From assembly GCA_951406725.2 (NCBI GenBank), contig OX597819.1, positions 39,742,001-39,806,000 on the forward strand: DNA of 64,000 nt, in the 5' to 3' direction. The translations under genes were made by a program, and so were the position numbers. Shown here in pieces: positions 1-12,479 of the stretch. The notes below the pieces were generated by a model, which did no database searches, was not told where the DNA came from, and was given only the letters and a program-made list of their open reading frames with translations. Within the stretch, counting starts at the first letter, position 1. Each line of letters opens with the position of its first letter. This stretch comes from Octopus vulgaris (taxonomy: Eukaryota).

Positions 1-255
1 ACGATGATGATGATGAAGATGATTGTGGTGGTGTTGGAGGTGATGATAATAGCGGTGGTGATGGTGGTGGTGGTTTTGGTGCATGTGGTGGTGGTGGTGG
101 TGGCGGTGGAAGACATTTTAAACAATCCATGTTAGGGTCACAATCAAAGATTGAGAATGCATGTTGGTAGAGTAACACAACAAAGAATTTTCCTTTCTTC
201 AGCCTTAAACGGATCTAAAAGCAGCAGGAAATTAATATTAGGATAGTTTACTTAC

Positions 256-422
256 ATCTGCTCATGATGTTACACTTTCGAATGTAAACACATGAAAGAG
301 ACATTATCTGGAGCTGAGAGAGTCGCTGACGCGCTGTCTCGGCCAGAGGAAGCAAATCTCGCATCATGTTAATCTGTGCATTGATCTGGTCCCGTCTCTG
401 TTTCGATGCCCCCTTGGTCGAC
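256..422 (-). CDS. NPAS4: Internal coding exon encoding the bHLH domain of an NPAS4/dysfusion-like bHLH-PAS transcription factor
   Basis: Translates to (R)[55 protein letters not shown]. This matches the NPAS4/Dysf bHLH signature (STKGASK.RRD.IN.EI..L..LLPL....RLS.L.IM.L.C.Y.RK). Minus-strand acceptor ...tttccattacag|G at 423/422 and donor T|gtaagt at 256/255. Entry is phase 2 and exit phase 1. PAS exons would lie to the left of the window. Confidence 0.88.
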
Positions 423-506
423 CTGTAATGGAAATTAAATAAGGAATATAATTGAGGAAGCAAACAACAGATAAAGATATGAATAAATTAATAAATAAAT
501 AAATAC

Positions 507-705
507 ATTTTGTTGTGTCTTGGGAGTGTCATTACGCCAATGATAATAATAACACACGCACCGGTTCAATTCCACTTCTTTTTTGTAAGTCAACCTGTGT
601 GTGTGTTATTTATTATTGGTGTAATGACCCTCCCAAGACACGACAAAATTTGTTTTGACGCATGAATTCACATCAAGCATCTTGCAAACCATATACAAAA
701 ACGAA
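507..705. repeat. Inverted repeat (arms ~507-566 and ~592-649) within a Penelope-like remnant related to 21808-21985
   Basis: The arms attttgttgtgtcttgggagtgtcattacgccaat... and ...attggtgtaatgaccctcccaagacacgacaaaat are reverse complements. The reverse complement of 600-705 aligns by eye to 21808-21925. Confidence 0.75.
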
Positions 706-962
706 ATAAATATTTGCATATAGCAATCTGCACATTATCTCTTGGTGTCCAACAGTTTTCTGTTGTATATGTAGTGTATTTCATGTTAGTAACGTGAGTG
801 GAGTGAGTTGGCTGTGACTATAGAGTCGTTAACAGAGAAACTCACGCAAAACTTACCACTTACTCAATGACAGGTTTACTACAGCATATGACTTAAGTAG
901 AATCTTCCTGAAGTGTTAGTTGCTTTCATGTGAGTGAGTGACACAAAATATGAAAGAGATAG

Positions 963-1020
<58 letters not shown>

Positions 1021-1021
<1 letters not shown>

Positions 1022-1222
1022 TCTTTTAATTGTTTCAGTCATTTAAGTGTGGCCATGCTGGAGCACCGCCTTTACTCGAGTAAATCGACCCTAGGACTTA
1101 TTCTTCGTAAGCCTAGTACTTATTTTATCGGTCAAGTTTGCCGAACCGCTAAGTTACGGGGACGTAAACACACAAGCATCGAATGTCAAGCGATGTTGGG
1201 GGACAAACACAGACACACAAAC

Positions 1223-1288
<66 letters not shown>

Positions 1289-1437
1289 GACGTCTTCTTT
1301 CAGTTTCCGTCTACCAAATCCACTCACAAGGCTTTGGTCGATCCGAGGCTATAGTAGAAGACACTTGCCCAAGGTGCCACGCAGTGGGACCGAACCCGGA
1401 ACCATGTGGTTCGTAAGCAAGTTACTTACCACACAGC
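1021..1437 (-). mobile_element. tRNA-derived SINE, family 1 (full length, internal (TA)n)
   Basis: Minus-strand head gctgtgtggtaagtaacttgc...ggttccgggttcggtccc is A/B-box-like. Body ccttgggcaagtgtcttctactatagcc, tail ggcggtgctccagcatggcc. Homologous copies occur elsewhere in the window. Confidence 0.85.
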
Positions 1438-1613
1438 AGAGAGAGAGACAGAGAGAGAGACAGAGAGAGAGAGAGAGACAGAGAGAGAGAGAGAGACAGA
1501 GAGAGAGAGAGAGACAGAGAGAGAGAGAGGGAGGGAGAGAGAAAGAAAGAGAGAGTGAGAGACAGAGACAGAGAGAGAGAGAGAGGGAAAGAGAGAGACT
1601 GACAGACAAATGA

Positions 1614-1708
<95 letters not shown>

Positions 1709-1860
1709 GTCAGACAGACAGTCAGACAGACAGTCAGACAGACAGTCAGACAGACAGTCAGACAGACAGTCAGACAGACAGTCAGACAGACAGTCAGACA
1801 GACAGTCAGACAGACAGTCAGACAGACAGGTAGATAGATAGGTAGGCAGGCAGGCACAGA
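1438..1860. repeat. Compound microsatellite (GA/GACA)n-(GATA)n-(GACA)n with a 12-bp unit (GACAGTCAGACA)n
   Basis: Directly visible. It explains ORFs 1349-1951, 1365-1613 and 1426-1863. Confidence 0.95.
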
Positions 1861-3241
1861 CAATCGGGAACATTACTAGAGTGTTAAAAACCCTGCTTAC
1901 ATCAGACATTTCGTTCAACAGAATTAAGATATTGAGAAATAATGAGTGCATTAATTTGTATCTTTCTTCAGCAATATGATAGCTTTAATCAATCTCTCCA
2001 TATTAATTTTTACCAGTGAATGTCTGTCTGGTGGTATGATTTATTTTGATTAAGAAAATAGTTTGTTTTTTTTATTGGAAACGGATACGTGTTTGAATCG
2101 ATTCCAATAAATATTAGCATTTTATTTTATCGATAATGATGATATGAAAGGCAAAGTTAACCTCGGTGAACTTTATCCCAAAAGCTAGAGGAAAGAAACT
2201 AAGTATTATATATAGTTTAAAGCAACTCTCTATTGTTTACGCGACTTCTCCGCCTACAAATTTTAGATCTTATTTCTTTCAAACAAAACATGACCGTCCA
2301 ATTATTCTACTTCCGGTCGCAAGAGCGGTTTCTTTTCGGCTACATAATACAATAGATATTAGTATACTCCCAAGATACAATTACTAAACACCTCCACTTT
2401 TTTCTTTTGCGTTATCCTTTCTTAATAGGAATTTTCATTTTAAGAAAAGGGTGTGTGTGCATGTCAGTGAATCATATTTGCGTGCGTGTGTCGGGAACGA
2501 TATAGGATGCTATAGATAGAAGCAGTATACCTCAGCTGGTGTGCCACGTCACCTGCTATCGTACTTCCACGGCTGGGCAGAAAGTTGTGTTATACTACGC
2601 CATGCTTGCCCATTACTTACCAGTACATATGAGCAGTCAATGAAATCGAACCCCGTACGTAACTAGTATTTTACTTTATAAACCCCGAAAGGGTAAAAAG
2701 TAAACTTGACCTCGGTGGGTTTTGTACTCAGACCGAAAAGATCTAGATGAAATACCGCAAAACATATTACACGATGTTTTAATAATTCTGTCAAAAGCCA
2801 CCATCTTCGTATAATAACTGAGTGTAATAACAACTTTGATGTGCATCATAAGATGATTGAATGACGTTTTATCGTCGTTGTTATTGCTATTTTGTTTAAG
2901 TTTAACACAAGTTTGCCATGATCAACTACGATCCAGTCTTAACCATCCTTATTTTCAGACAGCATATCTAGGATAGGATAACAACATCCTATGTATTTTA
3001 TTCATTTAAGACGCTGTAGGTTGTGATTTGGCGGATACTTGACTGTTCTTTCAAACATGACGCGCTACCTTTTATCGACACCCGACCGATAAATATAATT
3101 TCATTTGGCTTTCGTTGCGTTTTGTTTTTAATTACCTTTGTCATAGAACAAAGAGTAATTCTTATAACCTTTTTCTGAGCCTCCAACACTAATGTGAGGA
3201 AGGGAGCTATGGCATAAGTGCTTGCAATATGGTATACTCCG

Positions 3242-3393
3242 CTATCTATCTATCCGCTCAGTCGAAGTCGACTCTCGGTTACTCGTTGGATCAGAGTCCT
3301 CCAGTCAGTTCTATCCTGGGCCGCTTCTTTCAGATTGGCTATGTCCATTCTGGTATCACTCTTGATGGTGTCAAGCCAGCGGGTTCTTGGTCG
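3242..3393 (-). mobile_element. RTE-clade LINE 3' end fragment
   Basis: Minus-strand translation RPRTRWLDTIKSDTRMDIANLKEAAQDRTDWRTLIQRVTESRLRLSG* is typical of the RTE/BovB RT C-terminus. It is followed by a short (ATAG)n tail. Confidence 0.8.
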
Positions 3394-3493
3394 ATTGTAG
3401 GATTCCCTGTACGTAATAAGTGTTCTATTGAGTTCTTCTCTGTGTGAATGGCCTCCTAAATCCCTGTATTATATTAAGCCTATCATTGTGTGT

Positions 3494-3550
<57 letters not shown>

Positions 3551-4519
3551 TGTGTGTGTTTGTGTGTGTGTGCGTGTACTACAACCACGGATTTACGATA
3601 GAGAATGGTGATGAACTACAACCTCGGACCCTGCCACAAGAATACACAGAATTATTAGCCTAGTGTACTATTAGCCTATAATATAACACTATTGGCCTAT
3701 AATATTATTAGCTTAGTGTACTAACTGAAAGCTTATAGAGTATTTTGCCCGATTGATAATCCCTCAATAATAACTCTTTTATATATTTGTGCGTGTGTGT
3801 GTGTGTGTGTGAGTGAGTGATTCTTTCGTAGGAGTCACCTACTAAAATTAGTTGGTCAGTTTTTGTGAGAGCAAACGATGTTAATCCTAAAAGAATGTCG
3901 AAACAAGACTATTATATTTTTTAAATAAACTGGTTAGATCTGTTCTCTCTCTAGTTTCAAACCGGTCATCGGTAACTATTGAACATTTGACACATATCAC
4001 TGTTTTCATGTAGAAACGAAGGAGACCTGTGATATTTTTTGCATTTTGCTTTAACTTTAATTGTGTGATGTTGATAAGTCACAAAAATATCGTTATAATT
4101 CACTTCTGAATGGAATTAGGGACGAGTTGTCTTGTCTGTCTATGACTTCTAGGCGTTTTAATATCAGCCCTTTGAGGGCGTCATTCCCACCGCATAAAAC
4201 CGCAGAGTACTGGCAAACAAGCAAAATATTAATTTTTTTCCAGTTGATAACGGTTTCAACACCAGGGCTGCTTCTAACTCATAACTGAATACACACACAC
4301 ATACACACACACATACACACACATACACACACAAACTCACTCACTCACTCACGCACACACATATAATTTCATTTAGTTTTATTATCGACTCTGACAAGTA
4401 GATTATCTACGGATTGTATATGTGTGCCAAAAAACTATAATATTTAAAGATATGTGCTATAATTACAAATAATAATGATAATGGCTTCTGATCTTAGAAT
4501 AATGTGATGGCTTCTGATC

Positions 4520-5027
4520 TTAACTGACTGGAAGTGTTATCATGTACATTGCTTTGTCTTGGTATAAAAGATGGGTTACAGCAAACATTATGCTCAATAC
4601 CACAGATTTGCTTATCAGCTGTTTGACCATAACTAGTTGAGCATATTCCTTAGTGGCTGGCGATACGTGCCTCTCTGGTCACGGGGGAGCATCATAGTCA
4701 TGTGCATCGTAATCATGTGTTGAGAGGAATTAATTATTTGGGGTCTGGATACTTCACCTCTGGAAATATGGGGCTTTCGTTCAACAACCCTTATTCAGTG
4801 ACTTTTTGTGCGGGCTGGGCTACTCGTCCTGAAGAAATTTCTAACCGAGCCCCACTTGCAAGGTCATGAGTTGTTTATTTTCATAAGAGATCATGTCGTG
4901 CACATATGGTTGAGAAGCTTGTGCCTGGTGTACCCTTATCAGACGGGTAATCATGATAGGTATACTGGGCTTCGTAAATTTTACCCCAGTGTCACTTTGA
5001 TGGCATGCACTACCCTCTCACTCAATG

Positions 5028-5094
<67 letters not shown>

Positions 5095-5096
5095 TG

Positions 5097-5150
<54 letters not shown>
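4520..5150 (+). mobile_element. Interspersed repeat, probable non-LTR retroelement 3' region ending in an (AAT)n tail
   Basis: A higher-complexity block with no sound ORF that ends abruptly in ~125 bp of (AAT)n. The family assignment is inferred. Confidence 0.45.
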
Positions 5151-5151
<1 letters not shown>

Positions 5152-5188
5152 TAGGAACAATAACAGCACTAACAAAGCCGAAAAGAGT

Positions 5189-5277
<89 letters not shown>

Positions 5278-5659
5278 CGTGCGTCCTCAAGGGCGTGTGC
5301 GTGCGTGTGTGAATGTACGTGTGCTTTAATGGATGCTGAAACGTCACGTTACAATTGCTTCAATTTCGACACTGGGTCTCAGATGAAATCACCTAAGAAA
5401 CGAATACAGATCAAATATACATATATACTCGATCACCATGGGGTAACAAGTTCCCGAAAGAATGTATGCCAAACCATTTAGATTAAAGTAGGCAAGGATA
5501 ACTCTGAGAACGAATAGAAAAAAATATGTAATCCATAATCGTTAGTCCAACAAAATATATATTCCATCTCATCGTAAGAGCCACTGGCGAAATAGGATAT
5601 TTTGTCGGACAAACGATTATGGATTAAATATTTTATATTATATATATACATACATACAT

Positions 5660-5741
<82 letters not shown>

Positions 5742-6638
5742 TCGACATACATGCGCATATATATAGGTGTGTACAAGTTTATATGTATGTATGTATTTTT
5801 GAATGTAATATGCAATGTTAATATGTATGTGAGAAGTCACTCAATAAAGATATTTATGTCCATGAACGTCGAACGTTGGAAGAATGGGTTCTAAAGTTGT
5901 TTACCATTGGCATAACTGAACATTTGTGTAGAAGAATGTAGAAATGAAGGCGTGTAACGCCATATTCTATAAGTGAATTGGAGTGAAAATATGCATTTAA
6001 AGTGAAAGCAAAATGGGGAGACGATGCAACGGCTTAATTAATTATTTATTTTATTAATATATTGTTTTCATGTTCATTCTTTTGACTGTGTGTATTTAAT
6101 CAATTTAGACGATGCAATTGAACGATCGCTGTCAGTGGAAGCAGTTGGCACTGGAAATAGCATTGTGTGCCTGAGGCATAGAGAGCTCTCTGCAGGGGAG
6201 AGCATCTGCTAGGCACGGAGACAACCACTTCGTGACTCTCTGCTTGCCGCTTTACTTAGAAGGAAATTTCTTTCTTTTACGCGCTTGCCTTTTACTCCAT
6301 CAGCGTTCTTTCCCTATGTCACCCTCTCTTAATCTCTTTCTCTCTCTCTCTTCCCCTCTCTTTTCTTTCTTTCTGGCTCTCTATATCACTCTATCTCTTT
6401 TCGTTTCTCCCTATCACGGTCTCTCAGTTTCTCTCACACTTAGTCACTCTGTTTCTCCCTCCCTCTCCTCCCTCTCGTTTTCGCTCTTTTTTTGACCCTC
6501 TGAATCTCACACTATTTCTCACTCTAACTCATTCCTCAATCCTACTCTTCCTCCCTCCGTCACTGAACAATCTTCGTCTAGTTCTGAAACCCTTTGTATC
6601 TCTCTCCCCCTATCTCTATCATTCTACTTTCTTTGCCT

Positions 6639-6697
<59 letters not shown>

Positions 6698-7509
6698 TTA
6701 CATTTCTTCTTTCTTTCGCTTCCTCGAAACAATTTCTTCGTCCTTGAGTAAGATAATCGAATGGAGAAAAGAAAACACGGAGTGGAAGGAAAACGTGCTA
6801 CAATGAGAGAGATAGACAGACAGAGAACTGTTGTGATGAACTAACGAGAGGGGAAGAGAGCTAGAAAGATCAGAAGAGAAGTGGTTAGTGAGAGGAGAAA
6901 AGAGCTAGTGAGAGAAGGGAAGGGATGGTGTCAGTCAAGGTGAAAGGTAAAAGGCTAAGCGAGACGGAATAATAGAAGTGGGTGAAAGGAATGAAAGGAA
7001 GGGAGGAGAGGTTGATCTGAAGGATGATGGGGAAGTAGGTGTCCGCTCTTCTCCCGCGCCTCGTATACATTTTCTGAAGAGCAGCGAGTAAAAGCATCGG
7101 GTGTCTAATTACTGGTGATTGATGGTAAAGTTAGAGATGAGCCGGAATTGAATGGCTCAAGTCTGTTTGTTCACACCATTGCACTGTGTGAAGGATCACG
7201 TTTGGTGTGGATGATAGCGTGAATGGTGGTGGTGGTGGTCGTCGTCGTCGTTGTCGCCATGGTGATAGTGGTGTTGGTGTTGGTGCCGGTGATGGTGATG
7301 GTGTGATGATGGTGATGGTGGAGGTGATGGAGGTGATGGTTTCCACAGTAGAAAGGAGATTGACGGTGTGGATTTCAGAATGGAAAAATGGTTAGGTGTG
7401 AATACTAGGAAAAGAGTCTTCTAAGGGCATTCTTATTTCACTCTCATCACAGCTCTCATCTTTCTCTCTCAAACATAATTCTATATGCATATACTAATTG
7501 AAGGAGAAA

Positions 7510-7626
<117 letters not shown>

Positions 7627-7789
7627 TAGATATAGATATATACATAGGCAGAGAATGAGAGAGAGGGAGAGAGAGAGGGGAGAATGAGAGGGAGAGAAAC
7701 TCTGACCGAATGTATGGAATGTATGTCTGTATGCATTCATGCATGTATCCCTGAGTGTATGTCAGTCCGCGCGTGTTTTTACCTGTGTC

Positions 7790-7898
<109 letters not shown>

Positions 7899-7909
7899 CA
7901 GATATACAT

Positions 7910-8091
7910 AGGGGGAGTTTACGAAAAAACAAAAGACGAAGACAGGTGGTGTAGAAAACAAACAGATGTATTAGTATAACGCTCAGGAATAGAAAAAGTC
8001 TTTTACGTTTCGAGCCTACGCTCTTCTACAGACAGGGACAGAGAAAAAACAAGGAGAGAAAAAAATGTGTGTAGTGGCTAACGATCTATCA
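7910..8091 (-). mobile_element. Short Penelope-like (pLTR-type) element with hammerhead-like motif, family H1
   Basis: Homologous to 18555-18753 (+), 61688-61868 (-) and a tail fragment at ~20190-20227. It is flanked by microsatellites. The minus strand at 8000-8036 reads CTGTAGA-A-GAGC gtag GCTC-GAAAC-GTA. Confidence 0.7.
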
Positions 8092-8093
8092 CA

Positions 8094-8159
<66 letters not shown>

Positions 8160-8408
8160 TGTCTGTCTGTCTGTATGTGTGTACCTCTATTTCTGCGTGT
8201 ATGAGTGTTGTATTTACGTAAGCGCTGGTATTTTTTACGTGTTCTTACGCGCAAATGCATTCTTCTTTATAAATGTTATACATAGGTTTTATTTGTTTTT
8301 TTACACACACTTCCACCATAAACACCAATTATCCAATTTGACCTTATACTATTATTTATTCAGTAAACTACTGAGGTCTTTTTATTGCCACATTTTGGTA
8401 AAGGTTGG

Positions 8409-8843
8409 GGATCTTTTCGGTTTGAACGGCAGTTTTTAACATAATTTCTAGGTAACTGAAAAATTTTTAAATTCGTATACTGGTAGAATGTGTTTATAAA
8501 ACATCTTTTTCTTTTGGCTTTATTGAGAAAATTCTATAGTTTGTAAGATATTTCTTGTTTTTTTTTCCTTCAATTTCTGCAATTTCAACCAATCGATGAC
8601 GTCCATTGAAGTAAAAAGCATTCTGTGTCGTATGAATATGTCCCTCGTTTAAGAAACAGATTGGGTTTATTTACATTTGTGAAGAAAAAAAGATACCCTT
8701 CTCCCACCCTTAACCCTAACCCTAACTAACCCTAACCCTAAAAGAGATTGAAATGCAATAGATCGATTCTAGGGTCATAATTATGGGTGACAATTTCATA
8801 TGACACCGCTAGAAAAAAACTGCCGTTCAAACCGAAAATATCC
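8409..8843. mobile_element. Non-autonomous DNA transposon (Merlin-like MITE) with internal telomere-like (CCCTAA)n
   Basis: TIRs GGATCTTTTCGGTTTGAACGGCAGTTTTT ... AAAAACTGCCGTTCAAACCGAAAATATCC. 8-bp TSD AAGGTTGG/AAGGCTGG. CCCTAA repeats at ~8707-8741. A second copy lies at 37738-38164. Confidence 0.85.
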
Positions 8844-8939
8844 AAGGCTGGTTATATTTTATAGTTTTCTCCCTTCGATATGATATTCTCCCTCTCGTGA
8901 CGTATCTTAAGTTTGACCAACACTATGACGAGTGTCCGA

Positions 8940-8940
8940 T

Positions 8941-9007
<67 letters not shown>

Positions 9008-9047
9008 AGGAAAGAAGGAAGGAAAAAAAGAAAGAAAGAAAGAAGGA

Positions 9048-9078
<31 letters not shown>
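8940..9078. repeat. (AAAG)n microsatellite
   Basis: Directly visible. Confidence 0.95.
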
Positions 9079-9310
9079 GGAGGAGGAGGAGGAGGATGAA
9101 GGGAGTGGAGGAGCAGGAAACACGTATTTGTTTTATTCATGTACTATTTATTATTTATTTACTTATGAACATTCCCGGTCCACTCACCGATCGAGAGCGA
9201 TCTTCAAGATACACATGTCTCCCCATAATTATTAACGTTTCAAGAATGAGTTACAAATAAACGTTGCAAATGCAAGCCAATACTTATACATATTTGTGTA
9301 TGTGTGTGTA

Positions 9311-9465
9311 CGAGGGGATGCTGAAAAGTTTTTGGTTTTAAGGGTGTCGCGAAACGCCTGAGTGGAGGTCCAACCTTTCAAGTTCTCTTACAGGGCTTAG
9401 AAGTTGAATAAAATCATAATTAGCTGATCCTTTTTACCCAATGCCAGGAACTTTTTACCACCTCA
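9311..9465. mobile_element. Tc1/mariner-like MITE (internally deleted copy)
   Basis: Left end TA|CGAGGGGATGCTGAAAAGTT and a degenerate right TIR ggaactttttaccacctca. Related copies at 47867-48083 and 57428-57623. Confidence 0.7.
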
Positions 9466-9527
9466 TGTGTGGATATATTTATATGTGTGTGTATACATAT
9501 GTATATAATATAATATAATATAATATA

Positions 9528-9590
<63 letters not shown>

Positions 9591-9687
9591 TGCATATGTG
9601 GAATTTATCGATTTTTCAGAACTGGGGAACGTCACGAAACGTATACAACAAAACAGAAAACGCACAGACAAACTGCCGTTTATATAT

Positions 9688-9736
<49 letters not shown>

Positions 9737-9742
9737 TTGACA

Positions 9743-10126
9743 CAGGACGTCACGAAACGTATACAACAAAAGAAATACGAACCACAGCCACAAGTACATG
9801 GCACATGAACTATTTTTTCGAACAACGAAAGGCACAAATGGAAAACAAAACAAACAACATAAAGAACGACCCATCATCAGTTGTTGGCTGTTTTTCTAGT
9901 TTCGTATTTTGAGCATTTAACAACAATATACGTTTTCGACACAACAGTTGTTTCCGCAAAGCAAAGTGAGTCAAATTTGGGATTTTGCCGAGGGTCAAAA
10001 TTGGTAACACCGTTCTTTATGTTGTTTGTTTTGTTTTCCATTTGTCTTTCGTTGTTCGAAAGAATAGTTCATGTTCCACGTACGTATGCGTCGTATTTTT
10101 TGTTGTACACGTTCCGTGACGTCCTG
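9743..10126. mobile_element. Fold-back element / MITE with ~120-bp inverted arms
   Basis: Arms 9743-9868 (CAGGACGTCACGAAACGTATACAAC...aaagaacg) and 10011-10126 (cgttcttt...gttgtacacgttccgtgacgtcctg). A partial extra left end lies at ~9629-9665. Confidence 0.8.
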
Positions 10127-10328
10127 CTCACATACATAGATGTAAGTATGTACATATATACGTATGTATATATGCATATATATTATCCATACGCCACGCA
10201 TCCTCTTCCAAGTAAGTTTTATTTATTTATTCATTTATCTATCTATCTATATATATATATCTATATAGGTATGTATATATATATATGTATATATATACAT
10301 ATATATGTATATATGTATGTATGTATAT

Positions 10329-10424
<96 letters not shown>

Positions 10425-10741
10425 TGTATATGTAATCGTGTGTGTGTGCGTGTGTAATTCGTTTATAACTCCAGAACTCGTAGTGCATATACGTTATAAG
10501 TAACGGCATTTGAATATGGGGTTAAAAAAAAAGATTTCTGGATACAAATGTCGAAGGTTATTCGGGTTTTTAATCCAGTATTTACGCTCTCTTATTTATA
10601 GTGTTAGCTACTTCGAGTTCTATGAATTATTTCACGTCTCAAAGTTTTTCCTAAAATTCTTATGGCATAAACAATATATAATATATACATATATATTGGT
10701 GTTTGTGTGCGTGTGTATGTACATATGTGTGTGTGTGTATG

Positions 10742-10808
<67 letters not shown>

Positions 10809-11204
10809 TCACACACACATTACTACACACTTGCGTACACTTTGCTAAAATACCTGTTTAATTTTTCACAAGATGTCTGCCGCAGTCTTCTTTCAAACTA
10901 GATTTCTGACCGGCTTCTCACATATTTTATTTATTTAGTCATTCATTTATTTATTTTGGAGTTGTCTTCTTTATTTGAAAATGTTATTTTTATTTACCTT
11001 GTTTTTCAATCTTGCTGAATCCAACCAAAACCTGTGTCTATTCATCAAATTTATTTTTAGTTTTTTTTAACTATCTTTTTTATAAATTTTTGTTTTATTT
11101 CATTTTAATTTATTTAAAATTTGTTTATTTATTCTTTTTTTTTTCTCTTTGTGATCTTCCTTCTTGCTATCTTCGACATTTAAAAAAAAAGATTTGCTTT
11201 CATT

Positions 11205-11234
11205 TTGTTGTTGTTATTGTTATTATTGTTGTTG

Positions 11235-11265
<31 letters not shown>

Positions 11266-11294
11266 CATCATCATCATCATCATTATTATTATTA

Positions 11295-11334
<40 letters not shown>

Positions 11335-11369
11335 CATCATCATCATCATCATTATTATTATTATTATTA

Positions 11370-11438
<69 letters not shown>
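11205..11438. repeat. (ATT/ATC/GTT)n trinucleotide microsatellite
   Basis: Directly visible. It explains the poly-I/Y/L ORFs here. Confidence 0.95.
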
Positions 11439-12004
11439 GTATGTCTTGTCTTCTTGACTCTTCATCCTGGCTTTTCTTTCATCTTCTTGCTCCACCCACT
11501 ATTTTCTCTAGAAATTTTCTTTCCAACTATTCAGAATTAAAAACAGCCTCCAGCATGGAGATTGGTCTCCAACCAACACAGTCAAAGACACACTCACACG
11601 ACACAGTAACCTGCAGTTGTAAATATACCTCCAGGCACTTTCCAAGATAACACTCACTTTCAGTTTTTCTTTGAGAAAAGAAGGATATCAATTTCTTTCT
11701 TACCTTTCTTTTTTAACCAGGTACAAGGTCATAAAATTTATAGTGGCTGGAGGAATGGGAAGTTGTGATAGTCATATCTTTCTCAATGATCTTAAGTAAT
11801 GAAAGTGGAACAAAATGGTTTCGACCAGGAATCGAATGCAACTCGGCCTCTTTCTCTCTCTGAGAGTTTGCACTTAAAATTTACATCACTTAAGAGACAG
11901 TTCATTTCTATTCATTCGACAAGTTCGTAGAACAAATATATCAAAACGGAATTGAAAGTTGTTTTACACATCTCTTTACCAAGGCCATGAGCAATGTAAA
12001 TTAT

Positions 12005-12215
12005 ATTCTTTTATTCTTTTCCTTGTTTCAGTCATTTGACTGCGGCGATGCTGGAGCACCACCTTTAGTCGAACAAATCGACCCCAAGACTTATTCTTTT
12101 TAAGCCTAGTACTTATTCTATCGGTCTCTTTTTGCCAAACCGCTAAGTTGCAGGGGCGTAAGCACACTAACATCGGTTGTCAAGCGATGATGGGGTACAA
12201 ACACATACACACAAA
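12005..12215 (-). mobile_element. SINE family 1, 3' half
   Basis: Matches 1021-1225 (gtttcagtcatttgactgcggcgatgctggagcacc...taagcctagtacttattctatcggtctc). Confidence 0.8.
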
Positions 12216-12241
12216 CATATACATATATATTATTATTATTA

Positions 12242-12312
<71 letters not shown>

Positions 12313-12425
12313 GTCTTGTCTTTTTGACTCTTCATCCTGGCTTTTCTTTCATCTCCTTGCTTCACCCACTATTTTACTATTTTTTGTAGGAATTTTCTTT
12401 CCAACTATTCAGAAAGAAACCCGTC

Positions 12426-12479
<54 letters not shown>

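Noticed and set aside
423-463. N-terminal extension [13 protein letters not shown] of ORF 248..463
   Set aside because: It starts at TTG and reads through the intronic polypyrimidine tract and acceptor. The final CK* is likewise read-through of the donor.
8707-8741. Telomere or chromosome-fusion relic
   Set aside because: The CCCTAA repeats are short and internal to a MITE present in two copies.
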